A stretch of DNA of 64,000 nt from an uncultured Acidobacteriota bacterium (GCA_963837345.1 CAWIMX010000001.1:2500211-2564210); one strand, 5' to 3'; counted from the stretch's first letter, positions 9,373 to 19,641 are shown. The notes: a model not told the origin generated them from the sequence alone. Numbers and translations are program-made.

Positions 9373-12300
9373 TCAGTCGCTCAACTCGGGATTCGGATTG
9401 CGGACGGCAGCCAGGTACGTCGTGCGCGGCCGCGTGTTCAGCTCGGCCAGGAGCCCGTAATTGCGAACCTCGGCCTGCAGCTGCGCCACGCGGCTGTCCG
9501 GATCGTTCAGATCGCCGAAGACGATGGCCTCGGTCGGGCAGGTGGCCTGGCACGCCGTGCGGATCTCCCCGTCGCGCACGCGGCGGTTGTCCTCTTCCGC
9601 GTGGATCTTCCCTTCGTTGATCCGCTGCACGCAGTACGTGCACTTCTCCATGACGCCGCGGCTTCGCACCGTGACGTCCGGGTTGCGAAGCGGCTCGAGC
9701 GACGGTGTGGTCCAGTCCTGGTACAGCTTGAAGTTGAAGCGCCGGACCTTGTACGGGCAGTTGTTCGAGCAGTACCGCGTGCCGACGCAGCGGTTGTAGA
9801 CCATGTCGTTCAGCCCTTCGGCGCTGTGCAGCGTGGCCTCGACCGGGCACACGACTTCGCACGGCGCGTTCTCGCACTGCATGCAGGGCACCGGCTGGAA
9901 GTACGTCTCGGGCGCCGACTCGGACCCGCGGTGGTACGCGTCGATTCGCAGCCAGTGCATCTCGCGGCCGGCCTCGACTTCGTGCCTGCCCACGACGGGG
10001 ATGTTGTTCTCGGACTGGCAGGCGACGACGCACGCGTTGCAGCCAATGCAGGCGTTCACGTCGATCGCCATGCCCCACTTGTAGCCGGTGTACTCCCAGT
10101 TGGGGTACAGCGTGATCGCGCGGTCCGGCGCCTCGAAGCCCTCGTGCACGACGTGCGGATCGCGGACGAACGCGTCGCGATCCGCCACGCGGACCAGCCC
10201 GCGACCTTCCATCAGGTGGTGATACTGGGTGCACGGGATTCCAGCCGCAGCCCCCGTCCGGGCGACGGCGGCACCGCCGTCGAACCAGAGAGCGTCGGCC
10301 AGGCGAAGCCGGTACGCATCGAAACCGACGCCCGTGCCGACGGCGCCCGATCGCGATCGTCCGAAGCCGAGGTGGACGGTGACGCAGCGGTCGGGATGGC
10401 CCGGCACGAGGAATCCGGGTCCTTCGACGGCCCGTCCGCCGATCGACACGCGGACGACGTCGCCCGTGATCTGGCCGTGTTCGCCGCCGGTCCGGTTTGG
10501 CGACGTGCCGACGCCAAGGGCGTCCGCCGTCGCCGGACTCATCAGCACCGCATTGCCCCAGGCGGTCCGCGTGATGGGCTTCGGCAGTTCCTGCAGCCAT
10601 CCGTTGTTCGCGAATCGGCCGTCGTAGATCGAGGGATCGGTCCGGAACACGACCTCGACGCCTTCGGGTGGCGCCGCGAGGCTCGACGCCGCCCGCACGA
10701 CCTCCGCCACGTTCACGCGGACGTCGAGCGGCGCGGATGCCGTGTCGGGAATCACGCCGTCGTGCAACCAGCGGCGCCAGCGGCCCTCGAAATCGCCGGG
10801 CTCGCCGCGCGTGGCGCCGTCGGCCGGCAGGGTGGCGCTCCAGTACGCGCGCACGGCGTCATAGCCCGACTGGTCGGGGGCGTCGGTCAGCGCCGTGATG
10901 AGTTCGAGCGCGGACTTGCCGGAATAGAGCGGCGCGATGAGCGGCTGCACGATGGACGCCGTCCCGTCGTACGCGCGGGCGTCGCCCCATGCTTCCAGAT
11001 AGTGCGCTTCCGGAATCTGCCAGTGGCAGCGCGCGGACGTTTCGCCGGCGAGGAAGCCGAGATGCGCGCGCAACGCCACGCGGTCGAGCGCCTCGCCGAA
11101 GCCGATGTCGGCGGGCGCCGTGTACACCGGGTTGCCGCCCACGATGAGCAGCGTGTTCACGCGGCCGGCCTGCATGTCGGCGGTCAGCGTGCGAAGCGAG
11201 TCGACCTGATCCACCGGCTCGGCGTCGATCGGCTCGATGTAAGCGACGGTGGAACCGGCGTTGCCGAGCCGCTCGTTCATGGCGTGGGCGAGCGCGTGGA
11301 CCGAGGGCGGCTGCCCTTCGCCCGCCACGACCAGACCGGCACCACGATGCGCCAGCAGGTCGCGCGCGATCGCCGGCACGCGCGTCTCCCAGCCCGCCGG
11401 CGCGGCGCCGGCGACGCCGCCAATCCCGAGCTGGGCAGCGATCGCCCGGGCCACGAGCGCCACCTCGCTCGGCCGCGCGGGGAAGCGGTGATCGGCCTTC
11501 GCGCCCGTCAACCCGGGCGTGCTCTCGATGGCATAGAGGCGGTTCATCCGCTCGGTCTGTTCCGGCCGCCGCCGGGCCGCGAAGTCGCGGGCATAGCGCA
11601 CGCCGCCGTATTCCGAGTCGAGCAGACTGGCGTCGAGCGCCAGCACGACGTCTGCGCGGTCGAAACGATAGACAGCGTCGACGGGTCGCCCGAACGCCAG
11701 ACGGGAGCCCGCCCGGGTGTAATGACGCGACGCCGGAGCCCATTGATGCCATCGCGCCGCCGGGTACGCGGCCAGCACGGCTCGAATGCGCGCGGCCACG
11801 GTCGGCGACGTGACCGGCTCGGTGAGGATCCGCAGACCGGCGCCGCGGCCGGGACGCTCGGCGGCCAGAGCCGTGCTCATGGCGCCGAGAAATGCGGACC
11901 AGGGGCGAATCTCGCCGAGCTCGGTCAGCGTCTGCGCACGGCCCGGATCGTAGAGGTCGAGCACCGACGCCTGCGCGAAGATGTCGGCGGCTCCGAGACT
12001 CGCGGGATGCAGCGCATTGCCCTCGATCTTCGTCGGACGCCCTTCGTGGCTCTCCACGAGCAGGCCCATCCCGCCGCCTGGTCCCGGCATCGTCGTGGCG
12101 AAGAACAAGGGCCGGCCCGGCACGATCTCCTCGGGCTGGCGCACGTAGGGGACGATCGTCTCGGCGGGCTGGCGTGTGCAGGCGGCGGCGCCGGCGAGCG
12201 CCATCGACGCGCCCATGAGCTTCAGGAACTGCCGCCGCGCCACCGGGTCTGCCGCGGGCGGATCGAGCGGCGAGGGGAACTCGTCGTGCAGGAACGACTC

Positions 12301-12387
12301 GAAGGCGGGATCGTGATGGAGCTCGTCGAGCGTCCGCCACGTCTCGCGGGACGGTCGGGGATCGTCGGGGTGTTTCATCGATGGCAT
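9373..12387 (-). CDS. actB: alternative complex III subunit ActB (molybdopterin-oxidoreductase-like domain plus FeS domain)
   Basis: About 1004 aa with twin-arginine signal RRQFLKLMG. Cys clusters [39 protein letters not shown] and CTYCVQR lie in the C-terminal half. Start is 12387 (MPSMKHP) or 12378 (MKHP). Confidence 0.9.
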   Translation of the reverse strand: MPSMKHPDDPRPSRETWRTLDELHHDPAFESFLHDEFPSPLDPPAADPVARRQFLKLMGASMALAGAAACTRQPAETIVPYVRQPEEIVPGRPLFFATTMPGPGGGMGLLVESHEGRPTKIEGNALHPASLGAADIFAQASVLDLYDPGRAQTLTELGEIRPWSAFLGAMSTALAAERPGRGAGLRILTEPVTSPTVAARIRAVLAAYPAARWHQWAPASRHYTRAGSRLAFGRPVDAVYRFDRADVVLALDASLLDSEYGGVRYARDFAARRRPEQTERMNRLYAIESTPGLTGAKADHRFPARPSEVALVARAIAAQLGIGGVAGAAPAGWETRVPAIARDLLAHRGAGLVVAGEGQPPSVHALAHAMNERLGNAGSTVAYIEPIDAEPVDQVDSLRTLTADMQAGRVNTLLIVGGNPVYTAPADIGFGEALDRVALRAHLGFLAGETSARCHWQIPEAHYLEAWGDARAYDGTASIVQPLIAPLYSGKSALELITALTDAPDQSGYDAVRAYWSATLPADGATRGEPGDFEGRWRRWLHDGVIPDTASAPLDVRVNVAEVVRAASSLAAPPEGVEVVFRTDPSIYDGRFANNGWLQELPKPITRTAWGNAVLMSPATADALGVGTSPNRTGGEHGQITGDVVRVSIGGRAVEGPGFLVPGHPDRCVTVHLGFGRSRSGAVGTGVGFDAYRLRLADALWFDGGAAVARTGAAAGIPCTQYHHLMEGRGLVRVADRDAFVRDPHVVHEGFEAPDRAITLYPNWEYTGYKWGMAIDVNACIGCNACVVACQSENNIPVVGRHEVEAGREMHWLRIDAYHRGSESAPETYFQPVPCMQCENAPCEVVCPVEATLHSAEGLNDMVYNRCVGTRYCSNNCPYKVRRFNFKLYQDWTTPSLEPLRNPDVTVRSRGVMEKCTYCVQRINEGKIHAEEDNRRVRDGEIRTACQATCPTEAIVFGDLNDPDSRVAQLQAEVRNYGLLAELNTRPRTTYLAAVRNPNPELSD

Positions 12388-13025
12388 GTGTCGCAGCTGG
12401 TGAGTCGTTGAATGCCGTACTCGTCGATCAGGCGGCGGCCCAGCGCCAGCTGATCGCGCGGCGGTCGGTAGGACACGCTGAACACCTGGTCGCGTGGGCG
12501 CACGTAACGTTCGGGATGGCGATGGCAGTCGAGGCACCACTGCATCTGCAGCGTCGCCTCCTTCCAGACGAGGGGCATCCGGTCGACCTGGCCGTGACAG
12601 GTCGTGCACCCGACGCCCTTGTGCAGGTGGATGCTGTGGTCGAAGTAGACGAAGCCCGGGAGATCGTGCACGCGCACCCAGGGGATCGACTCGCCCGTGC
12701 GGTAGCTGGCGCGCACCGGTTCGAGAAACGGACTGGACGAATAGATTTCGCGATGGCAGTTCATGCACGTGGACGTCGGCGGAATGCCGGCGAACGACGA
12801 GGTTTCCACCGAGGTGTGGCAATAGCGGCAGTCGATGCCGTTGCCGGCGACATGGCGCTCGTGGCTGAACTGAATCGGCTGATCGCGCGCGACGTCGACG
12901 CGCGTCACCCAGGCTGATTCGTTCACGAGCGCGATGAGCGCCACGAGCGCGACGATCGCGACGAGGGCGCCGAAGATCGTGAAGCGGGCGATCGTGTTGG
13001 TGCTGCGATGGAAGATCTGCGCCAT
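12375..13025 (-). CDS. actA: alternative complex III subunit ActA (pentaheme cytochrome c)
   Basis: 216 aa from MAQIFHRS with an N-terminal TM helix. Five CxxCH motifs: CRYCH, CMNCH, CTTCH, CLDCH, CDTCH. Confidence 0.9.
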   Translation of the reverse strand: MAQIFHRSTNTIARFTIFGALVAIVALVALIALVNESAWVTRVDVARDQPIQFSHERHVAGNGIDCRYCHTSVETSSFAGIPPTSTCMNCHREIYSSSPFLEPVRASYRTGESIPWVRVHDLPGFVYFDHSIHLHKGVGCTTCHGQVDRMPLVWKEATLQMQWCLDCHRHPERYVRPRDQVFSVSYRPPRDQLALGRRLIDEYGIQRLTSCDTCHR

Positions 13026-16000
13026 CGAGTCGAGTACCCCGGCGTCAGACTGAACTGGAACACCCACCCCTTGCCGGGCCGCTGGAACGGCCTCGCCATC
13101 GAGAACTGACCGATCGCGAATCCCAGCAGGTTCACCCGGAGGGCCACGCCGGCGCTGGCGACGCCGTGCCGGTCGCCGCCGAGGAGCGCGGGCGACTCGC
13201 CCCGCGACCAGGCGACGCCGCCGTCGGCGAACAGTGCCACCTCCACGGGCACCGGCCCGTACATGTTCTGCGACACGCCGACGAACGGCCGCAGGAGCGG
13301 AAAGCGGAACTCGACGTTGCCGATCGCGAAGCGGCTGCCGAGCAGCCGATCGAAGGCCGGACAGTCGCTGGTCGACGTGGGCTTGCACTCGCTCGTCGTG
13401 AAGGTGTTGACGTCGTAGCCGCGTATCAACTGCGGGTAGCCGATATACAGGGGAAACAGCCGCTCGTCCTCGCCGCCGCTGCCGAACCGGCCGTAGTGCA
13501 TGGCCCGGATCGCCACCGTATAGAACGGCACGGGCATGAAGTAGCGGCGGTAGTCGGCCAGCACGCTCGCGAAGTTGATCGAGCCGAACGTCGGCGACAG
13601 CTCGAGGCGGTAGCGCTGGCCGTCGACCGGCCCGGTGGCGCCGACGTTCGAGGTGTCGAAGACATAGGCGGCCGAGGCCGTGCCGAGCGCGAGCGATGGG
13701 GCCGCCTCGTGCGTGTCGGTCTGGTTGGCGAGGACGTCGCCGGTGACCAGGGAGACGACCGACGTGTTGATGATCCGATCGAAGGTGATCTGCGACATTC
13801 CGGCCTGGAACTCGATCCGCCGGGCCCGGTCGAACGGGTAGGCCACCAGACCGGCGCCGCTGCGCTCGGTCTGCCGCAGAACGACCGCCTCGTCGATTTC
13901 GACGGGCTCGCCCTGATCGGTCTGGCCGAGGCCGGCCGAAAAGCTGCCGCTCAGATAGGGCGTCTGGCCGCCGACGACGCCCCAGGTCCACCGATGCGAC
14001 TGGTCGAGGTAGGCCGCCTGGGCCGCCAGATCCTTGAGGCTCAGCTCGCCGTTGATCGCCGTATCGAACTGCACCGCCGTCGACAGCTCGTGCGTGTCGA
14101 GCAGGTCGGCGAACTGCAGGGCGACGCCGCCCCCAATCGTCGTGCCGAACCGGTCGGCGCCGACGCCGATGGTTGGCTGTCCGAGGCCCTGCAGGTGCAG
14201 CGCCGCGTGATATGGGGAGGTGGGGAAGCTGCGGCGGGTCGGGAGCCCCACGTGCGGACTCTCGAGCAGCTGACGCACCTGGCTCGCCTGGCGTTGAACC
14301 GGCGGCAGCGCCGCGGCCGCGATCGGGAGGCGGGCCGGCGCCGTGCCGGCGCTCTGGAGATCGAGGGCGCGGATATCGTAGGCGCTGTCGTCGTAGACGT
14401 CGAACGCGGCGGTGCCGGCGCTCGAGGCCACCGAGAGCGCCGGACTGGACGGCGTGATGCCGCTCACGCCCGTCGCCACGTTGGTGAACTGTTGCGGGGT
14501 GCCGCCGGCCGCAGAGACTCCGTAGACATTCGGAATGCCGTCGCGACTCGAGATGAAGTACACGGTGGCGCCGTCGGGCGACCACTGGGGGTTGATCGCC
14601 GCGGCGCCGTCGAACGTGGGCAGGCGGCTGATGCGGCCGCTCGCGACGTCGAGGAGCGCGAGGCCGTACGTGCCGATGGCGAGCGTGTCGAGACTGGTCG
14701 AGAAGCGGTCGGTGGCGAATGCCAGGGTCCCCCCGTCCGGCGACCACGCCGGCTGGAGATCCGAGTAGGCGTCGTCGGTCAGCTGGCGCAGGCGGCCGGC
14801 GCGCAGATCGTAGACATAGAGATCCGAGAAGCCCTGCCGCAGGCCGGCGAACGCGAGGCTGAGCGCATCGGGCGACCAGGCCGGATTCACCACCTCGTCG
14901 ATGTCCGGCATCGTGATCTCCTGCACCTGATCGCCCGAGCTCGCGTCGAAGACGGCGATCGCGGGCACGCCGGCGGTGACGGCCGCGACCGCCAGGCGCT
15001 GGCCCTCCGGGTCCCAGGCGCCGGAGGACTCGATCGATTCGATGCTCGAGAAGTGCGGGTCGGTCCCCGTGCTCGTGAGCTGTCGCTGAATCTTGCCCGT
15101 CCGGGCGTCGGCGATGAACAGATCCGTCGAGAAGAAGCTGCGCTGCGAGAGAAACGCCAGGCGCCGCCCGTCGGGGCTGAGCGCCGGACCCACGTTCAGG
15201 TCCTCGCCCAGACCGTGGCCGGCGATGATGGCGCGGCCCGTGGCCGCGGGGCTCTCGGCCGTGCGGACGATCGGGGCGTACGTCCTCCGGATGCTCTCCT
15301 GCCAGGCCTGCGACAGGTCATCGAGCTTGACGTTCAGCAGCTTGCCGAAGGCGTCTTCGATGGTGGTCTGTGCGGCCCCTACGAGCAGACGCGGAATGGC
15401 GTCGTCGCCCCATCGGCCCCCCACGTATGCCCAGAACGCCTGGCCCCAGCGATACGGAAAGTACTTCGGGTTGTCGAGATCGCCAATCGCGGGCAGGGTG
15501 TCCTGCGCCACGGCGTCGCGCAGCCACATCGCGGTGTTCGCGTCGACCGGGCCGAGCGAGAGATATTCCGCCATGCCTTCGATGAACCACAGCGGCAGCC
15601 GCTGCGCGCCGTTCATTCCAGGTTCGGGCCGGTCCCCCGCGGTGACGTCGAACTGAAACGCGTGCACCAGTTCGTGGCCGATGACGTGGGTGGTGTCGGC
15701 GAGCGATCCCCCCAGCGGCAGCACGATGCGGCGGTGGACGGATTCGGTGACGCCGCCGGTGCCTTCCCCGATCTGTCCCTGAATCACATTCGTCTGGCGG
15801 AACTCGGCCGGCGAGGCGTACAGGATGAGCGGCTGGCGCCCGCGGAGGTCGTGGTCGAAAAGGCGGGAGAGCCGGGTGTACCAGCGTTCGGCGAGCCGCG
15901 CGCTCAGCTGGGCGCCCTGCTGCTCGCGCGGGTAGAAGTAGATGTCGAAATGGTCGGTCGCGAGCACCTGGAAGTGCAGATCGCGGTACCGGACCTTGTT

Positions 16001-16093
16001 GCGACCGAAGTACTGGGCGGGCGCCGGTCGAGCGGTGAGCACGCCAAGCGCCGCAAGCGCCACGAGAATGCGCTGGGCGTGACGGGTGGGCAT
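12923..16093 (-). CDS. secreted zinc-peptidase-like / PD40 beta-propeller / Omp85-type beta-barrel fusion protein
   Basis: 1056-aa ORF with signal peptide (ALAALGVLTARPAPAQ) and HExxH (VIGHELVHAF). Repeated SPDG/WSPDG propeller-like motifs. The barrel-like C-terminus ends ...GWVFQFSLTPGY and is followed by a 45-aa Ser/Arg-rich tail that overlaps actA. Confidence 0.75.
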   Translation of the reverse strand: MPTRHAQRILVALAALGVLTARPAPAQYFGRNKVRYRDLHFQVLATDHFDIYFYPREQQGAQLSARLAERWYTRLSRLFDHDLRGRQPLILYASPAEFRQTNVIQGQIGEGTGGVTESVHRRIVLPLGGSLADTTHVIGHELVHAFQFDVTAGDRPEPGMNGAQRLPLWFIEGMAEYLSLGPVDANTAMWLRDAVAQDTLPAIGDLDNPKYFPYRWGQAFWAYVGGRWGDDAIPRLLVGAAQTTIEDAFGKLLNVKLDDLSQAWQESIRRTYAPIVRTAESPAATGRAIIAGHGLGEDLNVGPALSPDGRRLAFLSQRSFFSTDLFIADARTGKIQRQLTSTGTDPHFSSIESIESSGAWDPEGQRLAVAAVTAGVPAIAVFDASSGDQVQEITMPDIDEVVNPAWSPDALSLAFAGLRQGFSDLYVYDLRAGRLRQLTDDAYSDLQPAWSPDGGTLAFATDRFSTSLDTLAIGTYGLALLDVASGRISRLPTFDGAAAINPQWSPDGATVYFISSRDGIPNVYGVSAAGGTPQQFTNVATGVSGITPSSPALSVASSAGTAAFDVYDDSAYDIRALDLQSAGTAPARLPIAAAALPPVQRQASQVRQLLESPHVGLPTRRSFPTSPYHAALHLQGLGQPTIGVGADRFGTTIGGGVALQFADLLDTHELSTAVQFDTAINGELSLKDLAAQAAYLDQSHRWTWGVVGGQTPYLSGSFSAGLGQTDQGEPVEIDEAVVLRQTERSGAGLVAYPFDRARRIEFQAGMSQITFDRIINTSVVSLVTGDVLANQTDTHEAAPSLALGTASAAYVFDTSNVGATGPVDGQRYRLELSPTFGSINFASVLADYRRYFMPVPFYTVAIRAMHYGRFGSGGEDERLFPLYIGYPQLIRGYDVNTFTTSECKPTSTSDCPAFDRLLGSRFAIGNVEFRFPLLRPFVGVSQNMYGPVPVEVALFADGGVAWSRGESPALLGGDRHGVASAGVALRVNLLGFAIGQFSMARPFQRPGKGWVFQFSLTPGYSTRWRRSSIAAPTRSPASRSSAPSSRSSRSWRSSRS

Positions 16094-16120
16094 GGGGTTC
16101 TCCCGGTAGAGCAGAGGAAG

Positions 16121-16145
16121 ACGGCGGCGGACCCTCCGCCGCCGT
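16121..16145 (-). terminator. putative intrinsic terminator hairpin after the BON gene
   Basis: Perfect 11-bp stem ACGGCGGCGGA / TCCGCCGCCGT with a 3-nt loop. On the minus strand it is followed by the pyrimidine-rich CTTCCTCTGCTCT. Confidence 0.5.
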
Positions 16146-16178
16146 TCAGAGTGGTGTGGACGCTCGCAGCCGCCGCGG

Positions 16179-16682
16179 CTACGAGGCCTTGACGTCGAGC
16201 GAATTGACGACGTCCTTCACGCCGGGGACGTCCTTCGCCATGTCCTCGACGCGCTGCTTGGCTTGCGCCGTGGGCACGTGACCCTTGATCGTCACGACGC
16301 CGTTGTTCACGTCGAAGGTGACGTCGGCGTCCTTGAGCGTCGGATCCTGATCCACCATCGTGTCGAGCCGATCCGAGATGTCGCCGTCCATGTTGTCGGC
16401 CATCGCCGGCGCATTGGTCGCCACCGTCACTTCGTTGGCCACCATCGCGCCTGGGGCGACCGCTTGTTCCACGACGTCCTGCGCCCGCCGCCGCTCGGCA
16501 TCGGTCGCCACGGTGCCCGTCAGGTGCACGACGTTGGCGTCGTTGTCGTAGTTGGTGTCGACGTCGCTCAACCCGGCGTTGTCGAGCGCCGTGTTCGCCA
16601 TCTGCTGGTAGTCCGGACGGCTCGGTCCGCACGCCACCATCGCGGCGACGACTCCGATCGACAGCATCATCGGTACTCTCAT
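16179..16682 (-). CDS. BON domain-containing lipoprotein (OsmY-like, two BON domains)
   Basis: 167 aa with lipobox-like MVAC. Two repeats of the pattern ...V.V...GVVTL.G.V......A...A..V.GV..V.N.L.V. Confidence 0.8.
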   Translation of the reverse strand: MRVPMMLSIGVVAAMVACGPSRPDYQQMANTALDNAGLSDVDTNYDNDANVVHLTGTVATDAERRRAQDVVEQAVAPGAMVANEVTVATNAPAMADNMDGDISDRLDTMVDQDPTLKDADVTFDVNNGVVTIKGHVPTAQAKQRVEDMAKDVPGVKDVVNSLDVKAS

Positions 16683-16716
16683 GAATCTGCCTCCTCGAAA
16701 AATCCGGACGTCCGCG

Positions 16717-16938
16717 TCAGTGCGGACGGGACTGCGACGCCTCCTGGTGATTCAGGAATTCGTCCACTTCCCGCTGCGCACGATCCCGCGCGTAGCCGTA
16801 GCGCTCCTGGAGCAGGCCGATGAGGCGCTCGCTTTGGCCTTCCACACGGTCGAGGTCGTCCGACGTGAGCTTGCCCCAGTGCTCTTTCGCGCTGCCCTTG
16901 ATCTGATGCCACTGCCCCTTCAACGTGTCCGCGTTCAT
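16717..16938 (-). CDS. CsbD family stress-response protein
   Basis: 73 aa. KGQWHQIKGSAKEHWGKLTSDDLDRVEG...LIGLLQERYGY is the classic CsbD pattern. Confidence 0.85.
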   Translation of the reverse strand: MNADTLKGQWHQIKGSAKEHWGKLTSDDLDRVEGQSERLIGLLQERYGYARDRAQREVDEFLNHQEASQSRPH

Positions 16939-17137
16939 GAGCCGTCCCCTTCCTTTTCCAAGCGCGGGCTGTAAAACCTACACGTGCCCGCGTGCTCAGC
17001 CGCCGGCCCGGACATTTCAAGAGCGGAACCGGCGGCGGCGGTGATCACGCCGCCCATCGGGTGCAAGGATCGGGCCCCGATACAGCTCGGCTCGAGCGGA
17101 TCGTCGGTATCCCGATTGCTTCGATCCCACGCAGCTC

Positions 17138-18190
17138 ATGTCTGCCACCCGGGCGGCTCGACAGAGCCTGCTCGTGCTCCTCATCGGTACGGCGTGTGTC
17201 GTGGGGTGGATCGCCTGGCCGATCGCGAAGGCGCTCTTTCTCGCTGCCGTCGTCGCGGCCGCGCTGTGGCCGTTGCGTGAGATCTGCGTGCGCTGGTTTC
17301 ACGGCCGCCGCACCGCCGCCGCCCTGTCGGTGGTCGCCGGCACCGTGATCGTCGTGGGCGTCCCGATGGCCGCCTTCTCGGCCGAAGCGATCCAGCAAGG
17401 GACCGAGGTTCTGCAATCGGTGTCGAGCACCCTGCGGAGCGAAGGGGTGGAGGGCGTCGTCGATCGACTGCCCGCGCCGTTCGAACGGCTGGCGCGCGCG
17501 GCGCTCGACCGCCTGGCCGGCACGGGCGCCGCGGTGCGCCAGAGCGTGCAGCAGCAGATGAGCGCGCAGAGCGGCAGCGCGGCCCTCGCCCTGGGCACCG
17601 CCATCTCGGCGACCGGATCCGCCATGTTCCAGCTGGCGATGATGGTGATCGCGCTCTTCTTCCTGTTGAGCGAGGGCGATCGGCTCGTCGCGTGGATCGA
17701 CAGCGTGTCGCCGCTTCAGCCGGGTCGCACGGCGGAGTTGTTTCGCGAGGTCCGTCGCGTGTCCTCGTCCGTGATCGTGTCGAGCCTGGTGACGGCGACG
17801 GTGCAGAGTGCCGCGGCGCTCGCCGGGTACCTGATCGCGGGCGTGCCGCACCCGCTGTTCGTGACCGGCGTGACGTTCATCGTCGCGTTCGTGCCGGCCA
17901 TCGGCGCGGGAACCGTGGCCCTGGTCGTCGCCCTGCTGCTCTGGATCGGCGGGCACGGGTATGCGGCGCTGTTCCTGGCGGTGTGGGCGGTCGCCGTGGT
18001 GTCGCTGCTCGACAACCTGCTGCGACCGTACCTCATCAAGGATGACATCCGCATGCACGGCGCGGTCGTGTTCTTCGCCCTGATTGGCGGACTCGGCGCG
18101 TTCGGCGCCGTCGGCCTCGTGCTCGGACCGCTCATCGTCGCGCTGTTCCTGGCGGCGCTCTGCATCTACCGTCGCGACTTTCAGACCTGA
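17138..18190 (+). CDS. AI-2E family transporter (PerM/UPF0118-like permease)
   Basis: 350 aa polytopic membrane protein with a C-terminal ...LDNLLRPYLI...HG..VFFALIGGL..FG..GLVLGP pattern. Confidence 0.8.
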   Translation: MSATRAARQSLLVLLIGTACVVGWIAWPIAKALFLAAVVAAALWPLREICVRWFHGRRTAAALSVVAGTVIVVGVPMAAFSAEAIQQGTEVLQSVSSTLRSEGVEGVVDRLPAPFERLARAALDRLAGTGAAVRQSVQQQMSAQSGSAALALGTAISATGSAMFQLAMMVIALFFLLSEGDRLVAWIDSVSPLQPGRTAELFREVRRVSSSVIVSSLVTATVQSAAALAGYLIAGVPHPLFVTGVTFIVAFVPAIGAGTVALVVALLLWIGGHGYAALFLAVWAVAVVSLLDNLLRPYLIKDDIRMHGAVVFFALIGGLGAFGAVGLVLGPLIVALFLAALCIYRRDFQT

Positions 18191-19104
18191 GAAGCCTGGG
18201 CGGCCTGCGTGATCGACGGCGGTGAAATCCGGCGGCGCCCCCACTCGTGGTGTTCGCCCCGCGCGTGCTCGATCTCGGCGTTCAGCTCGGCGCCGAGCAG
18301 CACGGCCAGCCCCGAGAGATAGAACCACAGGAGCAGGACCATGACGGCCCCGATGGCGCCGTAGGTTTCCGTGTACGAGCCGATCGTGACCACGTAGTAC
18401 CGGAAGCCGAGCGAGGTGCCGATCCACACGAGCGTGGCGAAGAGGGCGCCGGGCGTGAGCCACACCCAGGGCTGGTCGGCATCTGGCGCGAAGTGGTAGA
18501 CGAGCGCGATGCCGAGGCTCACGAGGCCGAAGATGACCGGCCACTGCAGGACCATCCACGTCCACTCGAAGGCACGGCCCAGGTGCACCCAGCCGGCGAC
18601 CCGCCCGGCAACCTCTGGTCCGACGATGACGAGCGCGAACGAGATCAGGATGAAGAGCGATGCCCCGACGGTCAGGGCGATGGCCAGCAGACGGATCTTC
18701 CACCAGGGACGCTGATCCGAGATGTCGTAGGCGCGGTTCACGGTGTCGATGAGCGCCGTCATCGCCGTCGAGCTGGTCCACAGGGCGACGAGCACGCCGA
18801 GCGTGAGCAGGCCGCCCTGATTGCCGTTGGAAATCTTCCGGATCTGGTCGGTCACGATCTGGATGACATCGGGCGGGGCGAACGTCCCCATCGTCCCCAC
18901 GATCCGGTCGACGAGCGTGGCGATGGGGAAGTAGCTCGCCATCGCGATGAGGAAGAGCAGGGCCGGAAAGAGCGAGAAGAAGAAATGGTACGCCAGCTGC
19001 GCCGACATCCCCAGGCAGTTGTCGTGCATGAACGCGTCCGTGAACGCGCTCCAGACGATGCGGCCCCAGCGCAGATCGCCGCGCCGGACGGTTTTGGCCG
19101 GCAT
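18181..19104 (-). CDS. YihY/BrkB family membrane protein
   Basis: 307 aa. AQLAYHFFFSLFPALLFL... and YG..GAVMVLLLWFYLSGLAVLLGAELNAE are typical of the family. Confidence 0.85.
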   Translation of the reverse strand: MPAKTVRRGDLRWGRIVWSAFTDAFMHDNCLGMSAQLAYHFFFSLFPALLFLIAMASYFPIATLVDRIVGTMGTFAPPDVIQIVTDQIRKISNGNQGGLLTLGVLVALWTSSTAMTALIDTVNRAYDISDQRPWWKIRLLAIALTVGASLFILISFALVIVGPEVAGRVAGWVHLGRAFEWTWMVLQWPVIFGLVSLGIALVYHFAPDADQPWVWLTPGALFATLVWIGTSLGFRYYVVTIGSYTETYGAIGAVMVLLLWFYLSGLAVLLGAELNAEIEHARGEHHEWGRRRISPPSITQAAQASQV

Positions 19105-19113
19105 CGCCGCGGC

Positions 19114-19602
19114 CTACCGATCGGTCCGCTCGAGGGGGGGCACGTCTTCCCCGAGGGCCGTCGCCAGGTCGATCTGATGTTCCTGCTCGGTCCGCAGGAT
19201 TTCGCGGATGTCTTCGGCCATGGCATATTCGCCCAACGCCTCGCACTCCCGGACGCGGTTGCGATAGTTCCGGATGGTTTCCGTTTCGTTCTCGAGATCG
19301 AACCGCAGCATGTCGGTCGCCTCGGCCGAGACGCGGACCGGCCTCGGCTGGGTGATCGGCGTCCCGCCCAGATAGTCGATCTGCTTCGCGATGGTAATGG
19401 CGTGCGCGAGCTCCTGGGCGGCGTGGCCCTCGAGCTCCCGGGCGATCGACATGTAGGCCGCGCCTTTGAGCGTCTGCGAGTAGATCACGTAGGCGATGAT
19501 CGCCTGGTACTCGCGTGCGAGGTCCTCGTTCAGATGATCGATCAGGGTCTGGACCGACTCGCCCCTCGAGGTGTCGGTCGGGGAATGCCGGGCGTTTGCC
19601 AT
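19114..19602 (-). CDS. ferritin-like / bacterioferritin-family protein
   Basis: 162 aa. Four-helix-bundle style motifs LNEDLAREYQAIIAYVIYS, ELEGHAAQELAHA and EQEHQIDL. Confidence 0.7.
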   Translation of the reverse strand: MANARHSPTDTSRGESVQTLIDHLNEDLAREYQAIIAYVIYSQTLKGAAYMSIARELEGHAAQELAHAITIAKQIDYLGGTPITQPRPVRVSAEATDMLRFDLENETETIRNYRNRVRECEALGEYAMAEDIREILRTEQEHQIDLATALGEDVPPLERTDR

Positions 19603-19641
19603 CGTCGGGCTCCTTTGTCGTGGAAGGCAGGATGCCGGGTG

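Noticed and set aside
13026-13035. The 5-nt tandem repeat CGAGT-CGAGT as a duplication whose removal would repair the barrel-gene 3' end
   Set aside because: Removing one copy would fuse the barrel ORF in frame to actA without any stop, which is implausible. A single-base change is a better candidate, though still unproven.
17020-17050. GGAAC box in the csbD/permease divergent region as an ECF (EcfG-type) promoter
   Set aside because: The downstream element at the expected spacing reads CGCC, not CGTT. A single weak half-site is not enough evidence.
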